Assembly (NCBI GenBank): GCA_951406725.2
Contig: OX597817.1
Coordinates: 41,106,001-41,170,000 of the forward strand
Direction: 5' to 3'
DNA length: 64,000 nt
From: Octopus vulgaris
Lineage: Eukaryota
Position numbers and translations under genes: made by a program. How positions within the stretch are numbered: the first letter of the stretch is position 1; each line of letters opens with the position of its first letter. Below, piece after piece: positions 55,001 to 64,000 of the stretch. The notes under the pieces are model-generated. The model saw only the letters and a program-made list of their open reading frames with translations, was not told where the DNA came from and did no database searches.

Positions 55001-58000
55001 CATTTTGCTACACACAAGCACTATAGGATATTTTTCCATTAAAAAATAATTGAAATTCTGCTAAATTCAGTTATATAAACATTGCCGTGTTTGTAACAGT
55101 GACTGTTACATTAGAGGAAGGAAAAAAAAACAAGTTGAATTTGAATTGTATTAAAAATGAAAACTTTTTGTTGATGGATTGAACAATTTCTCAGCACCAT
55201 ACATTAACAACATAAGAACCACTAAATGCAATAGAGAACTCATATAGATCATCATTATCATCATCATCTTTTAATGTCTGTTTTCCATGCTGGCATGAGT
55301 TGGACGGTTTGACTGAAGACTGGTAAGCCAGGAGGCTGCATCAGGTTCCAATCTTTTCTGGCAAGGTTTCTACAACTGGATGCTCTTCCTAATGCCAACC
55401 ACTTCGAGAATGTAGTGGGTGCCTTTTACCTATCACCGGCATGAGAGCCAGTCAGGCGGCACTGGCATCGACCACACTTGAATGGTGCTATATATTTGGT
55501 CAATGGGAACTGTGTGAAATAAAGCTTGTTGTATATGTGTGTGTGTGTATGTGCATTTGTGTTTGCCTTCTCACCCACTTGACATCTGGTGTTGGTTTAT
55601 TTACATCCCATTAACTTAGCAGGTCAGCAAAACTACCAGACTTAAAAAATAAGTACTGGGGTTAATCTGTTTGACTAAAACCTTCAAAGCAATGCCCTAG
55701 CAAGGCCACAGTCCAATGACAAACAAGTAAAAAATAAAATATCAGTTATATTTCATTAACAACTTCATTAAGAATACATAATCAGTATCACTCAGTCTCT
55801 TGTTTTAATAACAAACTGAAAAAGCACTATGTTTTAATTCACACCTATTAAATGCAGAGACCTATAGGGTTTGAAACCTCTATCATTACATCTTGTTAAT
55901 TCCTTACAATGATATAGTAAATATACCACCTTCCTAATGTGAAACCTCTCACTGTTTCTTCTATTTTAGAGTCTTTCAAACTGTCTCTTACACTCATGTA
56001 ACATTAATCTATCAATGTTTTTGGTTTCATTAATATTTGATCACAGTGTAATATTATACATTCTTTTGATTAGGCAGTAAGCCAATTGTTGAAAGCGGGA
56101 GATATAATCAATTGAATCAAGTCCACTACAATAAGTATATTTATTTCATATATTGACATTTTATAAGAGAGAAATGTTGTGGCTGGTAAGGTTTGAACTT
56201 AAAAAGGTGGAGGGTTGAAGTTGACAACTTTAACCCTTTAGCATTCAGATTATTCTGTCCAATGTAATGCTTATTTATTCGTTGTTTTGAATTTATCATG
56301 AATTATCTTGTAGCTTCAAGAGTTTGATGATGTGATTGGTTATTTTTAAAATGACATTGTAGGCTAGGTGAGAGAGGTCAGATCTAGCTGGCTTGAACAT
56401 AAAACAAGTAGAATATTTGGGCTAAATATGGCTGGCTGAAGCACTAAAGGAATTCAGTTTTCTTTTCTGCTAGCTCACTGTCTATAAAAGGTATGTCAAA
56501 ATAACCACAAATGTAACAGGAAAAATCTGTTACATTACTAGACAATGGCATGGCTGTGTGATTCAAGGACTTGGTTTGAAACCACATTCTTTTGGGTTCA
56601 GTCTTATCGTTTGGCATCTTGAGCAAGAGTCTTCAACTATAGCACAGGATCAATCAATGTCTTGTGTGGATTTGTTTGACAGAAACTGTGTGGAACCCCA
56701 TCGTTTATGTGTGTATGTGCCTGCATCTTTGTCCTCCACTGTCGCTTGACAACCAGTGCCAGTCCGTTTCTGCCTCCATACCTTAGCAGTTTGGCAAGAG
56801 TGACTGTTAAATTAAGTACCAGACTTAAAAATAAGTACAAGGTAATAAGTATTTGTCTGGTCCATGCTAGCATGGAAAACATGGACATAACAGAAACAAA
56901 TAAACAAATAAACTGCTCAAGGCGGCGAGCTGGCAGAAACGCTAGCACGCTGGGCGAAATACTTAGCTGTATTTCTTCTGCTGCTATGTTCTGAGTTCAA
57001 ATTCTGCCGAGGTCGACTTTACCTTTCATCCTTTCAGGGTCGATTAAATAAGTAGCAGTTATGCACTGGGGTTGATATAATTGGCTAAATCCGTTTGTCT
57101 GTCCTTGTTTGTCCCCTCAGTGTATAGCCCCTTGAGGGGAGTAAAGAAATAAGAAACTGAAAGAGACAAATGAAATTTATGACAAAATGCAAATTGTTTT
57201 ACCTGTCGAAGTTGAAAGACTCCAGCAGAAGGCACTTCTGGCTTCGGCACAACTTCAACTGGAGTATATTCTCCCTGTTCATTAAGTTCATGAACTTCAA
57301 CCCAGAATTCAATTTTTCGCATTACCTCATTCCACCTATTCATTAAAACAAAAAAAAAAAAAACAAAGAACAATTAAATATATAAACAAACACCGTCATT
57401 GTATCTTTCCACTCTTTTTTTTTTGTTCTTGTTATTTTGAATGAAAGATTGAGTAATAAAATATAAGGTCTGTGCCAACATAAAATCAGGTATGGAACAA
57501 CGAGGAAGCAACACTGAGAAGAAACTAATAAATTTTAGTTCAATAATTAATATTGGAAAAAAAAAAATTCATATCGGTTTTCACTTATGGAATAAAAACT
57601 ACTGATTATAAAGGATACATTTAAATATGTTAATTCATTCAAAGTTTATTTTTATTGAAGTTACATCCATACGGATGCATAGACTAGTACATTTTGTTAA
57701 AAAATACTGGAAAAAGTTTGTTTACTAATGAATGTGAAACAATAATGTGAGAGAATATTAAAAATATTGATTAAAACATTTACGTCTAAACAGAGTTTGA
57801 AACAATGCAGTCCAAGTTTATGAAATTCTGGAAATATTGCAGAATATCATTCAATGTTAGTCACCATACTGTGTGTTGATTGCCAACAATGTTGATGAGA
57901 AGGATTTATTTAGAAATGTGTATTGACTAGAAAATAGTCAACAGATGATGTTATATGAAAGAATCTATTGAATATTTAGTGTTTAGTAGGTAAAAATTGA

Positions 58001-60939
58001 TTTCTGTATATGACACCAAAACAGGAGTACAGCTGAATCAGATAGAATAAATAAAAGATATATATTTCATTTGTTCTGGACTGAAGAAAAACAAAATCAA
58101 TTCTGGTCATATATAAACTTGAGAATATAGTGAAAAGTTACAGCAACATAAATAAGGTAGTCCCAGGGCATTACTGTCCAGAGTCCTGGGACTCATAGGG
58201 GATGGTTGCCTGATTTCTGTGACATATAAGTGACCAGATCATAACATTTCCCTAAAAGAGACACGAGCCTGTTGCAGGGACACCAATTTACAGCTTAGTG
58301 GGCGAGAGCAACATGAAATAAAGTGCTTCATTCAAAATCACAATGCAGTCCCCAGTCCAGGAATTGAAGCCACAATCTTGTGATCATGAGGGCAACACCT
58401 CAATAACTAGGACACATGCCTTTACTTTTACCTTTTTACAACAACATAAATAGTAAATAAGTGGTGTTACAACTTACCTGTCTAATAAAGAACGAGATCT
58501 AGCTTGCCTGTTATCAGGATCCCAGGTATTATTGTTGCTGAAGCCAGGACTTCGATGGCCCCAAACCTCAATGGAAAGGGCTCCTTCGGAGGCATGTTCA
58601 ATGAATTCTTCAGTCACACAAACTTTAAAGTCCTAGAAACAAAATAGAAATAATAATTAAATATCTTTTCACATAGATACAAATATGTATCTCATGAATA
58701 AATATGAATATATATATATATATATATATCCAGAGATTTTCGAAGTGGAATCAATACCTGAAACACTCATGATAATTATTCTACAGACAGAATAGTATGA
58801 TAATAAACCTAATACTATAATACAGCTAGTTCACCTCTTTGTGACATCACCACCACCTTTTACTTTAAAAAATTATTATGTAAGCTTAAATGATATGAAT
58901 TTTAATTAGGCTATTAAAAGGTTTCAAATATAAAAAAATTAAACTAAACAAGAATTGTATACTAATTATTCAATTTGGAGTACGTTTATCTGTTTTCCTA
59001 GCAACATATCATCACCCAAACTATCAGTTTTATGTCTAATTTTCAACAAAAGACAATGTTTTGAAATTTATTATTTTTACTTAAAAATTTCAAAATATAA
59101 AAAAAATACAATAAGTCATTTAAATTTATTATGGAAAAATTTCAAGTAAAATTTGAATAATGTTACACAGAATGTTTTCTTTTATTGTCAATTATGAGAC
59201 AAAAATACTGGGAAGCAGGATGTGATTAGAAGAGTGAGGTAGGGGTGGATGCATGGTACTTAAAGAATTCTGCATTAATGTTTTGTTGGAAGATAGGGGT
59301 GGGAATGGATTTTCAGAGAGTTGCTGTTCGCAGAAGGAAGGATTGGATGTAATATGTGCAATGGAGCTTAAAAAACATAAATGTAACAATGGAAATAAGA
59401 AATAGAAAGCTAAGTACATGAAGAGGAACAAACCGATGTTTGTAAAAGTCCACTATTACAGTAGAGAAAGAGAGAGAGAGAGAGAGAGGAAGAGAGAGAG
59501 AGAAGATGAAGCCATACAATGACAGGGTCAGAATCAGGAAATATAGCAAGAGATTACTGATCAGAAAAATTACTTTCTTTTGAATATAGTCATGAAAGTC
59601 AGTAATGGTTGCATTATCCCAGATAGGAAACCAATACAAGACGTAATCCACAAGAGTTGTGTTCAAACAGTTGTTTGACTTAATCCTACTCAGTAAAAAG
59701 CCTTGCTGATTCTGAGAAATAACAGTCTTGCTTTCACCTTAGCTTTCCTTGGATATGAGCCCACCATACATTAGGCACCAGTAGACATCACACACTAAGT
59801 CCCTTACAGTTCTAACATATTACAACCCCTGATTCAAGAAATTAAGTTCATGGCTCAGCACAAAATTAAATCAATCTGTGGTAATCATCTTTTACAATGG
59901 TTAAAGAACACCTATTTCGGAAATACACTTCTCATATTAGTTACCAAACCACCAGCTTGTATTCCAGATAAAACCATCTGCAATATAATCTATACTAGAG
60001 GTTTTATCAGTTTCTAAGCCCCGGCCCCACTACTTTTTTTCCCCTTTTATAAAACAAACTTCTTTAATAGCTCTGGCATTAGATCACCACTGATTAAGCA
60101 TTATTTTAGTAGGGAGGTTATTGAGGTATTTTCAAATTGTATAGCTTTTAGCATTTAAACCAATCATATCCAGCTCAGATATTCAACATATTCTATTTTC
60201 ATATAGGCCAGATCCAGCCTGTCACACCAGTATCTGGCGAATTTGTCTACAACAATTCGTCTACAATAATAAATGTACAGCAATTTATCTAAGGATACAA
60301 TTCATCTACAACCACATGCACACATACATACAACCACACACACACACATAGAAACACATACAGATAAATTGTTGTAGACAAATTCACCTAGAACTGTATA
60401 GCTTTTAGCATTTAAAACCAGCCATATCCAGCCCAGATATTCAACCTGTTCTATTTTCAAATGGGCCAGATTCAGCCCATGACACCTACCCTACAATGTA
60501 CTTCTAAAAATAAACAGTCACATTATAAAAATCTTGGAAGAATGACAGTGAATCATTAATTCAAAACAATGTGAAGAAATAAGCATTCATTTGATGGAAT
60601 AATCCGAATGCCAAAGGGTTAAGAAATGGATTTGATATAAAATCTATCAAGGAAGCTGTTGTGTTCTAAATGAATTTGAAAACTGTTCCATTGGGGTCTG
60701 TGATATGATAATATGAGAGATGATACAAATGAAAACTAAAAATTTCATAATAATCCGACAAAAATTACCTTAGTATGGGAGAATGTTACTGTTGCACCGT
60801 CTTCACGATCAGGATCACAGTATTCTGGGTTTACCAAAGGAGCTACAACGATTGGTTCCAATTGACCCCAAAAAGAATATTGACAAAAGACAAAGTTCGA
60901 AAGAGCTGCTGGAAGTCCTCGTGCTTCTCGAATAGATAT
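4171..60939 (-). CDS. KIF13: Kinesin-like protein KIF13A/KIF13B (Khc-73) orthologue, partial multi-exon CDS (14 exons, stalk/tail region)
   Basis: The spliced translation matches my recollection of KIF13 stalk motifs: [144 protein letters not shown]. All introns are GT-AG with compatible phases; total 1702 nt. Both gene ends are outside the window. Confidence 0.96.
6905..7126. mobile_element. piggyBac-type MITE (family A) with TTAA target-site duplication
   Basis: TTAA-CCCTTTTGTTACCA...TGGCATCAAAAGGG-TTAA; the empty site with a single TTAA is visible in the paralogous segment near 5346. Confidence 0.92.
8700..9060 (+). mobile_element. CR1/Jockey-group LINE 3' fragment
   Basis: [17 protein letters not shown] matches the SFFPRT..LWNSLP C-terminal motif. 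Confidence 0.65.
10585..10935. repeat. Tandem repeat, ~117-bp unit, 3 copies
   Basis: atgca.atacaaatataaacatacacattatacacatacaatgaacaca...gaatattcacaaacata.ataaagttt.tgtct repeated near 10587, 10704 and 10822. Confidence 0.85.
11430..11970. repeat. Two adjacent imperfect palindromic elements (about 11430-11610 and 11790-11940)
   Basis: attcaatacgtattacatgt...acatgtaaaaacgtattgaat; tttcataagtttgcagctgtttctgcta...tagcagaaacagctacaagctaatgaaa. Confidence 0.7.
13518..14157. mobile_element. hAT (Charlie-like) non-autonomous element with a nested pogo/Tigger-like MITE (about 13753-13957)
   Basis: Ends CAGCACTTCTCAAC / GTTGAGAAACACTG with imperfect 8-bp TSD gtctagga / gtttcgga. Inner TIRs cagtaaaacctcagttttcaaacaactctgatcacgaataaat and reverse complement cagcagtagctctgttttcgaacatctctgattgcgaataaat. 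An isolated end of the same hAT family is at 27181-27250. Confidence 0.75.
14430..14610 (+). mobile_element. RTE-like LINE extreme 3' end (decayed)
   Basis: Translates to [21 protein letters not shown], similar to the RTE terminus WSA..RD.VNS...AGST.PG* as I recall it. Confidence 0.55.
16705..16897. repeat. (TAA)n microsatellite with TGG/TGA interruptions
   Basis: Seen directly; it produces the poly-I and poly-L pseudo-ORFs. Confidence 0.97.
20094..20505 (+). mobile_element. Full-length octopus tRNA-derived SINE (family 1)
   Basis: Head ggcgtaggagtggctgtgtg..aag...ggttcagtccc (A/B-box-like), central (TA/TG)n and tail gcatggccacagtcaaatgactgaaacaagtaaaa; a degenerate tandem copy follows at 20549-20912. 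Confidence 0.88.
22030..22585. repeat. Degenerate minisatellite, ~55-60-bp unit, about 10 copies
   Basis: Recurring attaaa(t/c)attaatg(g/a)acacatct(t/c)taagt...aacctcttaa.ctatttattc. Confidence 0.75.
23334..23421 (-). CDS. KIF13: KIF13 exon (88 nt, phase 0-1): [29 protein letters not shown]; an alternative donor extends it to 23229
   Basis: Acceptor tttcag. Donor G|gtgagt (intron starts 23333); second in-phase donor AG|gtgggt (intron starts 23228). R..S.QDL resembles the KIF13 tail motif. Confidence 0.8.
24346..25253 (+). mobile_element. Non-autonomous Tc1/mariner derivative with foldback structure, carrying the N-terminal (HTH, DUF4817-like) part of a transposase
   Basis: TA-CAGGGTGTTTCAAAA...TTTTGAAACACCCTG-TA. 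ORF 24513.. ([17 protein letters not shown]...[36 protein letters not shown]) is a typical Tc1/mariner DNA-binding region. 24910-25253 is an inverted copy of 24346-24700. Confidence 0.9.
25495..25530 (-). CDS. KIF13: KIF13 36-nt mini-exon (phase 0-0): [12 protein letters not shown]
   Basis: Pyrimidine-rich acceptor ttttag and strong donor CAG|gtgagt; open and frame-preserving. Called from splice signals rather than homology. Confidence 0.75.
26020..26097 (-). CDS. KIF13: KIF13 exon (78 nt, phase 0-0): [26 protein letters not shown]
   Basis: Acceptor tttccag, donor gtgagt; V.VKE.L...R+..S.PN motif. Confidence 0.92.
26280..26667 (-). mobile_element. hAT-derived remnant retaining the transposase C-terminus
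   Basis: Minus-strand [15 protein letters not shown] resembles the hAT dimerisation-domain end (D.I.DFA..K.RK); imperfect TIRs cagggctggat and reverse complement cagtgttggat. Confidence 0.6.
27328..27480 (-). CDS. KIF13: KIF13 exon (153 nt, phase 0-0): [51 protein letters not shown]
   Basis: Acceptor atatcag, donor gtgaga; [20 protein letters not shown] motif. Confidence 0.95.
29653..29706 (-). CDS. KIF13: KIF13 exon (54 nt, phase 0-0): [18 protein letters not shown]
   Basis: Acceptor ttttcag, donor gtaagt; GVTYE.VSNIPK motif. Confidence 0.94.
29769..30067. repeat. Long palindromic element with a 13-bp target-site duplication (possibly Penelope pLTR-derived)
   Basis: Arms ttgtgtctggggagagtcattttc...cctaaaatttt and aaattttaggaaaa...gaaaatgactctccccagacacaa (29769-30008); TSD tacatatataaag at 29756-29768 and 30068-30080. 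Confidence 0.8.
30149..30854. mobile_element. Nested cluster: piggyBac MITE A containing piggyBac MITE B (30301-30794) containing a tRNA-SINE (about 30511-30770)
   Basis: Outer element is similar to 6905-7126; inner element is similar to 56234-56450. The SINE is flanked by atgg(g/c)cagttta repeats at 30498 and 30771. Confidence 0.82.
31449..31900 (+). mobile_element. RTE-clade LINE fragment (3' part of the RT ORF, decayed)
   Basis: [32 protein letters not shown]...ERRLHWYGH...[10 protein letters not shown] with stops and frameshifts. Confidence 0.88.
34764..35482 (+). mobile_element. SINE family 1 interrupted in its (TG)n tract by another tRNA-SINE (about 34945-35205)
   Basis: Head at 34764, insert ggaggcacatggcctagtggttagagcagcgg..., body resumes about 35270. 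Confidence 0.78.
35904..36103. mobile_element. Tc1/mariner-type MITE (200 bp)
   Basis: TA-flanked TIRs CAGGGTGTTCATAAATTATCTTTACAA and reverse complement CAGGGTGTCCATATATTACCTTTACAA. Confidence 0.85.
36147..36371 (-). CDS. KIF13: KIF13 exon (225 nt, phase 0-0): [75 protein letters not shown] (DUF3694-like kinesin-associated region)
   Basis: Acceptor attcag; donor gtacga was chosen because the next exon needs phase 0. Confidence 0.92.
36657..36875 (+). mobile_element. Mariner-derived MITE retaining the transposase 3' end
   Basis: TIR-like ends (gtgctgaaaaattcttggcttt / aaagccaggaacttttcaacagcccc); remnant of the C..C...GEYVE* mariner C-terminus; second copy at 39555-39771. Confidence 0.75.
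37450..37855 (-). mobile_element. Two tandem SINE family 2 copies
   Basis: The unit tttctttact.cccacaaggggct...gaatttgaactcaga occurs twice; head at about 37855. Confidence 0.82.
38514..38641 (-). CDS. KIF13: KIF13 exon (128 nt, phase 1-0): (A)[42 protein letters not shown]
   Basis: Acceptor ttccag, donor gtgagt; NSILPKEHG motif. Confidence 0.94.
39555..39771 (+). mobile_element. Second copy of the mariner-derived MITE
   Basis: Colinear with 36657-36875. Confidence 0.75.
40478..40533 (-). CDS. KIF13: KIF13 exon (56 nt, phase 2-1): [18 protein letters not shown]
   Basis: Acceptor tgtcag after a pyrimidine tract, donor gtaagt; [11 protein letters not shown] motif. Confidence 0.93.
42554..42680 (-). 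CDS. KIF13: KIF13 exon (127 nt, phase 1-2): (D)[41 protein letters not shown](S)
   Basis: Acceptor tttcag, donor gtaaat; within ORF 42550..42732. Confidence 0.95.
49450..50025. repeat. Interspersed repeat (~570 bp) bounded by (AAT)n, inserted inside a family 1 SINE
   Basis: Its last ~100 bp recur at 61390-61487; the SINE head is at 49078 and the SINE body resumes about 50030-50270. Confidence 0.65.
50337..50580 (-). CDS. KIF13: KIF13 exon (244 nt, phase 0-1): [33 protein letters not shown]...[37 protein letters not shown]
   Basis: Acceptor tgtacag, donor gtaacc; within ORF 50239..50631. Confidence 0.95.
50696..51247. mobile_element. piggyBac MITE A interrupted by a minus-strand SINE (about 50831-51157)
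   Basis: ttaa-ctcttttgttaccata...ggttggtaccaaaaggt-ttaa, similar to 6905-7126. Confidence 0.75.
53040..53440 (-). mobile_element. SINE family 1, full-length, minus strand
   Basis: Reverse complement of the 20094/54062 element. Confidence 0.88.
53512..53981. mobile_element. piggyBac MITE A in reverse orientation, interrupted by a minus-strand SINE (about 53715-53946)
   Basis: Reverse-complement similarity to 6905-7126; TTAA flanks; agtgt.ttttaaca duplicated around the SINE. Confidence 0.7.
54062..54447 (+). mobile_element. SINE family 1, nearly full-length
   Basis: Highly similar to 20094-20505. Confidence 0.88.
56234..56450. mobile_element. piggyBac-type MITE (family B)
   Basis: ttaa-CCCTTTAGCATT...gcactaaagg; the same family is at 30301-30794 and, reversed, at 60397-60618. 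Confidence 0.75.
56920..57155 (+). mobile_element. SINE family 2 (ggcggcgagctggcagaaacg head)
   Basis: A-box tggcagaaacgctagc and B-box gagttcaaattc. Minus-strand copies at 7910-8125, 14970-15260, 16500-16700, 37450-37855 (two in tandem), 53715-53946 and 61600-61960. Confidence 0.85.
57203..57335 (-). CDS. KIF13: KIF13 exon (133 nt, phase 2-0): [44 protein letters not shown]
   Basis: Acceptor aatag, donor gtaaaa; within ORF 57059..57373; ELNE.GEY and G.FQLRQ motifs. Confidence 0.95.
58478..58632 (-). CDS. KIF13: KIF13 exon (155 nt, phase 0-2): [51 protein letters not shown](R)
   Basis: Acceptor tttctag, donor gtaagt; VTEEF...GAL.IEVWGHR motif. Confidence 0.95.
60228..60618. mobile_element. 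Small TIR element (60228-60396) next to a reversed MITE B (60397-60618)
   Basis: TIRs cagtatctggcgaatttgtctacaacaatt and reverse complement cagttctaggtgaatttgtctacaacaatt; MITE B ends in caaagggttaa. Confidence 0.7.
60769..60939 (-). CDS. KIF13: KIF13 exon (171 nt, phase 0-0): [57 protein letters not shown]
   Basis: Acceptor tttatag, donor gtaatt; KIF13 [11 protein letters not shown] motif. Confidence 0.94.
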
Positions 60940-62023
60940 CTATAAAAAGAAGAAATAATTGCTTAATTACTGGCAATAATGGTACACACGGAATGCTTAA
61001 AAAGCTGCAACAATGGACATCTTAAAGATCATATTCTGAAGCCAATATCATATTGCATCCTAATACAAAACACCATATTACCTTTGTCTTTTCTCTTTCA
61101 TGTTAAACAGTCTGTGATCAAATATTGCTATCAGTTCTAATTAATGACTGAATGAATCACTTCTATTAGAAAACTAATTATGCAGTAAACATGGAAATAA
61201 ATACTCTAATTTTCAGACTGTCCAGAGCATTGATAGCTACAAGAAATAATAATAAATGCTATAAGATGTAAGTTTAATGGACATCTGTACATTTGTTGTT
61301 TAAAAATCAATGTTTGAAATACTGGTTTCAAATTTTGGTACAAAGTCAGAAATATTTGGGGAAGGGGTTAAGTTAGCTACATTTACCCCAGTGTACCGTT
61401 ATCAGACGGGTAGTCATGATGGGTATACTGGGCTTCGTATATTTTACTCCAGTGTCACTTTGATGGCATGCACTGCTCTCTCACTCAATAATAATATTAA
61501 TAATAATAATAATAATAAAATTATTAGGAGGGTCTTAAGCACTTGAAAGCTTGGGGACACCTTAGGTTACAGGTATCCACATAAAGGGGTAAGGCAATTA
61601 CACTGACCCCAGTGTTCAATTGGTACTTATTTTATTGACCCCGAAAGAATGAAAGTGAAAGCTGACCATGGCAGAATTTGAAGTGAGAACATACAGATGA
61701 GCAAAATGTTATTGAGCATTTTTTCCAGCATGCTAACAGTCCTGCCAGCTTTTCGTCTTGCAGCCGAAGACCAGCAATTCTGAGGAGAGGGAGAGTGTTG
61801 GTCAATAACACTGATCACAGTATGTGACTGGCCCTTTATTTTACTGACTGTGGAGGGATGAAAGCAAAATATTGACCTTGGCACCATTCTAATTCAAAAG
61901 GTAAAGAGATGGATGAATTGCCACAAAGCACTTTTGTCCAGCACTCAAACAATTCAGCTGTTTCCCCTCTTCTTCTTCAACTTCTTTTTTCCATCACCAC
62001 CAGCAGCAGCAGCAGTGGCCATT

Positions 62024-62445
62024 CAAGAATTTGGACCTGGAGATCTCCATTTCCAGTGACTTCGAGGGCTACCTCCCAGTGGTTTCGGGCGTCAACGAAG
62101 AGCCCTCGACTACAACAAGATGACCAAAGTTTTTTTTTTTTCCAGGGTCTGGAGTCTCCCGCCCCTAAGCCCTAGACCATCACCTAATTACCCTTACCCG
62201 TCTTGTTGCTTAACAACAACAACAACAGCAGCAGCTGTGCAAGAATTTGGACCTGGAGATCTCCATTTCCAGCGACTTCGAGGGCCACTTCCCAGTGGTG
62301 TCGGGCGTCAACGAAGAGCCCTCCACTACAAGACGACCAAAGATATTTCTTTTCCAAGGTCTGGGATCATGCGCCCCTAAACCCTAGACCTTCACCTAAT
62401 CCCCCTTACCCGTCTTGTTGCTTAACAACAACAACAGCACCACCA
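62024..62445 (+). repeat. GC-rich tandem duplication, 216-bp unit, 2 copies, with (CAA/CAG)n linkers
   Basis: caagaatttggacctggagatctccatttccag... starts at 62024 and 62240. Confidence 0.9.
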
Positions 62446-62809
62446 CCAGTACTTTTCCCTCAAAATTCAAACTTTGGCTCAGTGACACAAACAAGGTTGT
62501 AGTCAACAGATTTCCAGTTCTGGTCATTATTTTAGCCCCCACCCAGCCACTTCGCAAACCAAGAAGACACCAGTAGGACTTAACTTACGAATGTAAAGGC
62601 CCATCATTAACAAAGATAATGGATTAATTTTGTCCAGCATTCTACCGATTCTGCCATAATAATAAATATAAATTTTCTTTATTTCCCATAAATAGGCACA
62701 AAACATTAAAATACAATGGAAGCTAATTCTAATGACTGCACCAATACAACTAGATACAACAAGCGTTAGACAACAATGCAATCAGAATAATGAAATAGAA
62801 TACTATTTC

Positions 62810-62811
62810 AT

Positions 62812-62868
<57 letters not shown>

Positions 62869-62972
62869 GCATATACACATATACATACATATATATACAT
62901 ACATATACATACATACATACATACATATATATACATACATACATATATATATATACATACATACACATACAT

Positions 62973-63029
<57 letters not shown>

Positions 63030-63259
63030 CATACATACATATATATACATATATATATACATACATGCATACATACATAAACATACCATGCACACACACA
63101 CATACTTACATATTCATACATACACATTTTACAATATATATGTTTGCATATACACACACTCTGTACTATGTGTGTGTGTGTGTGTGTGTGTGTACACACA
63201 CATATACATACACACATATGTACACATAAATGCACACACATATACATAAACACACATAT

Positions 63260-63290
<31 letters not shown>

Positions 63291-63310
63291 TACACGTATA
63301 CAAATATATA
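62810..63310. repeat. Compound (TA)n/(CA)n/(TACA)n microsatellite
   Basis: Seen directly. Similar tracts at 3050-3420, 4310-4535, 33995-34240 and 63830-64000; (GA)n at 2685-2775. Confidence 0.95.
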
Positions 63311-64000
63311 AAAGAGAATATAACAATGCCATTCACTTATGAAGTGCGGAAGAGCTACAAACCCAGAAACATATAGCACCGTTCTATTCTATTCTACGAG
63401 ATTGATAGTTAAAAGACAAAAAAAAAAAAAACATTTCTTTTTTCTGAGTCAGTCACTATCAGTAGCTAGGTGCTTTTGTTACATGCAACTAAATCAGGTA
63501 ACCAACAGAAGATTGTCTCCCAAAGAGCTACTACAGCAAACACTGAAATGTATCGCTTTTCCCTCCGTTGGTGGCTTCCTTGGCTAAGAGACTGAATAGT
63601 GTTAACAGAGAGAAAATATGAAAAAAAAAAAAAAAAAAGAATTCGCAACAGAGTAATTCCGCATGTAGTTGCCTGGGAAACGTCAACATCAAAAGATGGA
63701 ATAATAAAAAAACAATGCTGTGGTGTTTTGCTGAATTAGGCGAATTTATCAAATATTTAGATAGGATAATCTTTTCGGAAATACTCAAGCACATTTATGA
63801 TAAATTGCAATAGCAAAAGAAGGATTGCATATATATGCGTTTGTATGTGTGAGTGTATATATATATATACACACACACGTACATACATACACATATATAT
63901 CCATGCACAGACACATAATACATATGCATGTACGTGTCTGTATACATCTGTCTACACACACACATATATGTATATATATACACACATATATGTATATATA

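Overview
AT-rich eukaryotic DNA, almost certainly from an octopus/coleoid cephalopod: it is dense in cephalopod-type tRNA-derived SINEs, (TA)n/(CA)n/(GAT)n/(TAA)n microsatellites and MITEs. The whole window lies inside one minus-strand gene, a kinesin-3 of the KIF13A/KIF13B/Khc-73 family. I reconstructed 14 GT-AG coding exons by hand (60939 down to 4171, about 567 codons, phases consistent). They encode the stalk/tail region; the motor, FHA and the C-terminal end lie outside the window. The introns hold many SINEs, RTE- and CR1-type LINE fragments, Tc1/mariner, pogo, hAT and piggyBac-type elements (some nested), palindromic elements, minisatellites and local duplications. Most notable are a foldback mariner derivative with ~350-bp arms between a 36-nt mini-exon and an exon with two in-phase donors, other dsRNA-forming structures close to exons, and a GC-rich 216-bp tandem unit with signs of coding origin. 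Most short ORFs in the supplied track are microsatellite or repeat artefacts. I see no convincing wholly new biological system; the findings are hypotheses to test.
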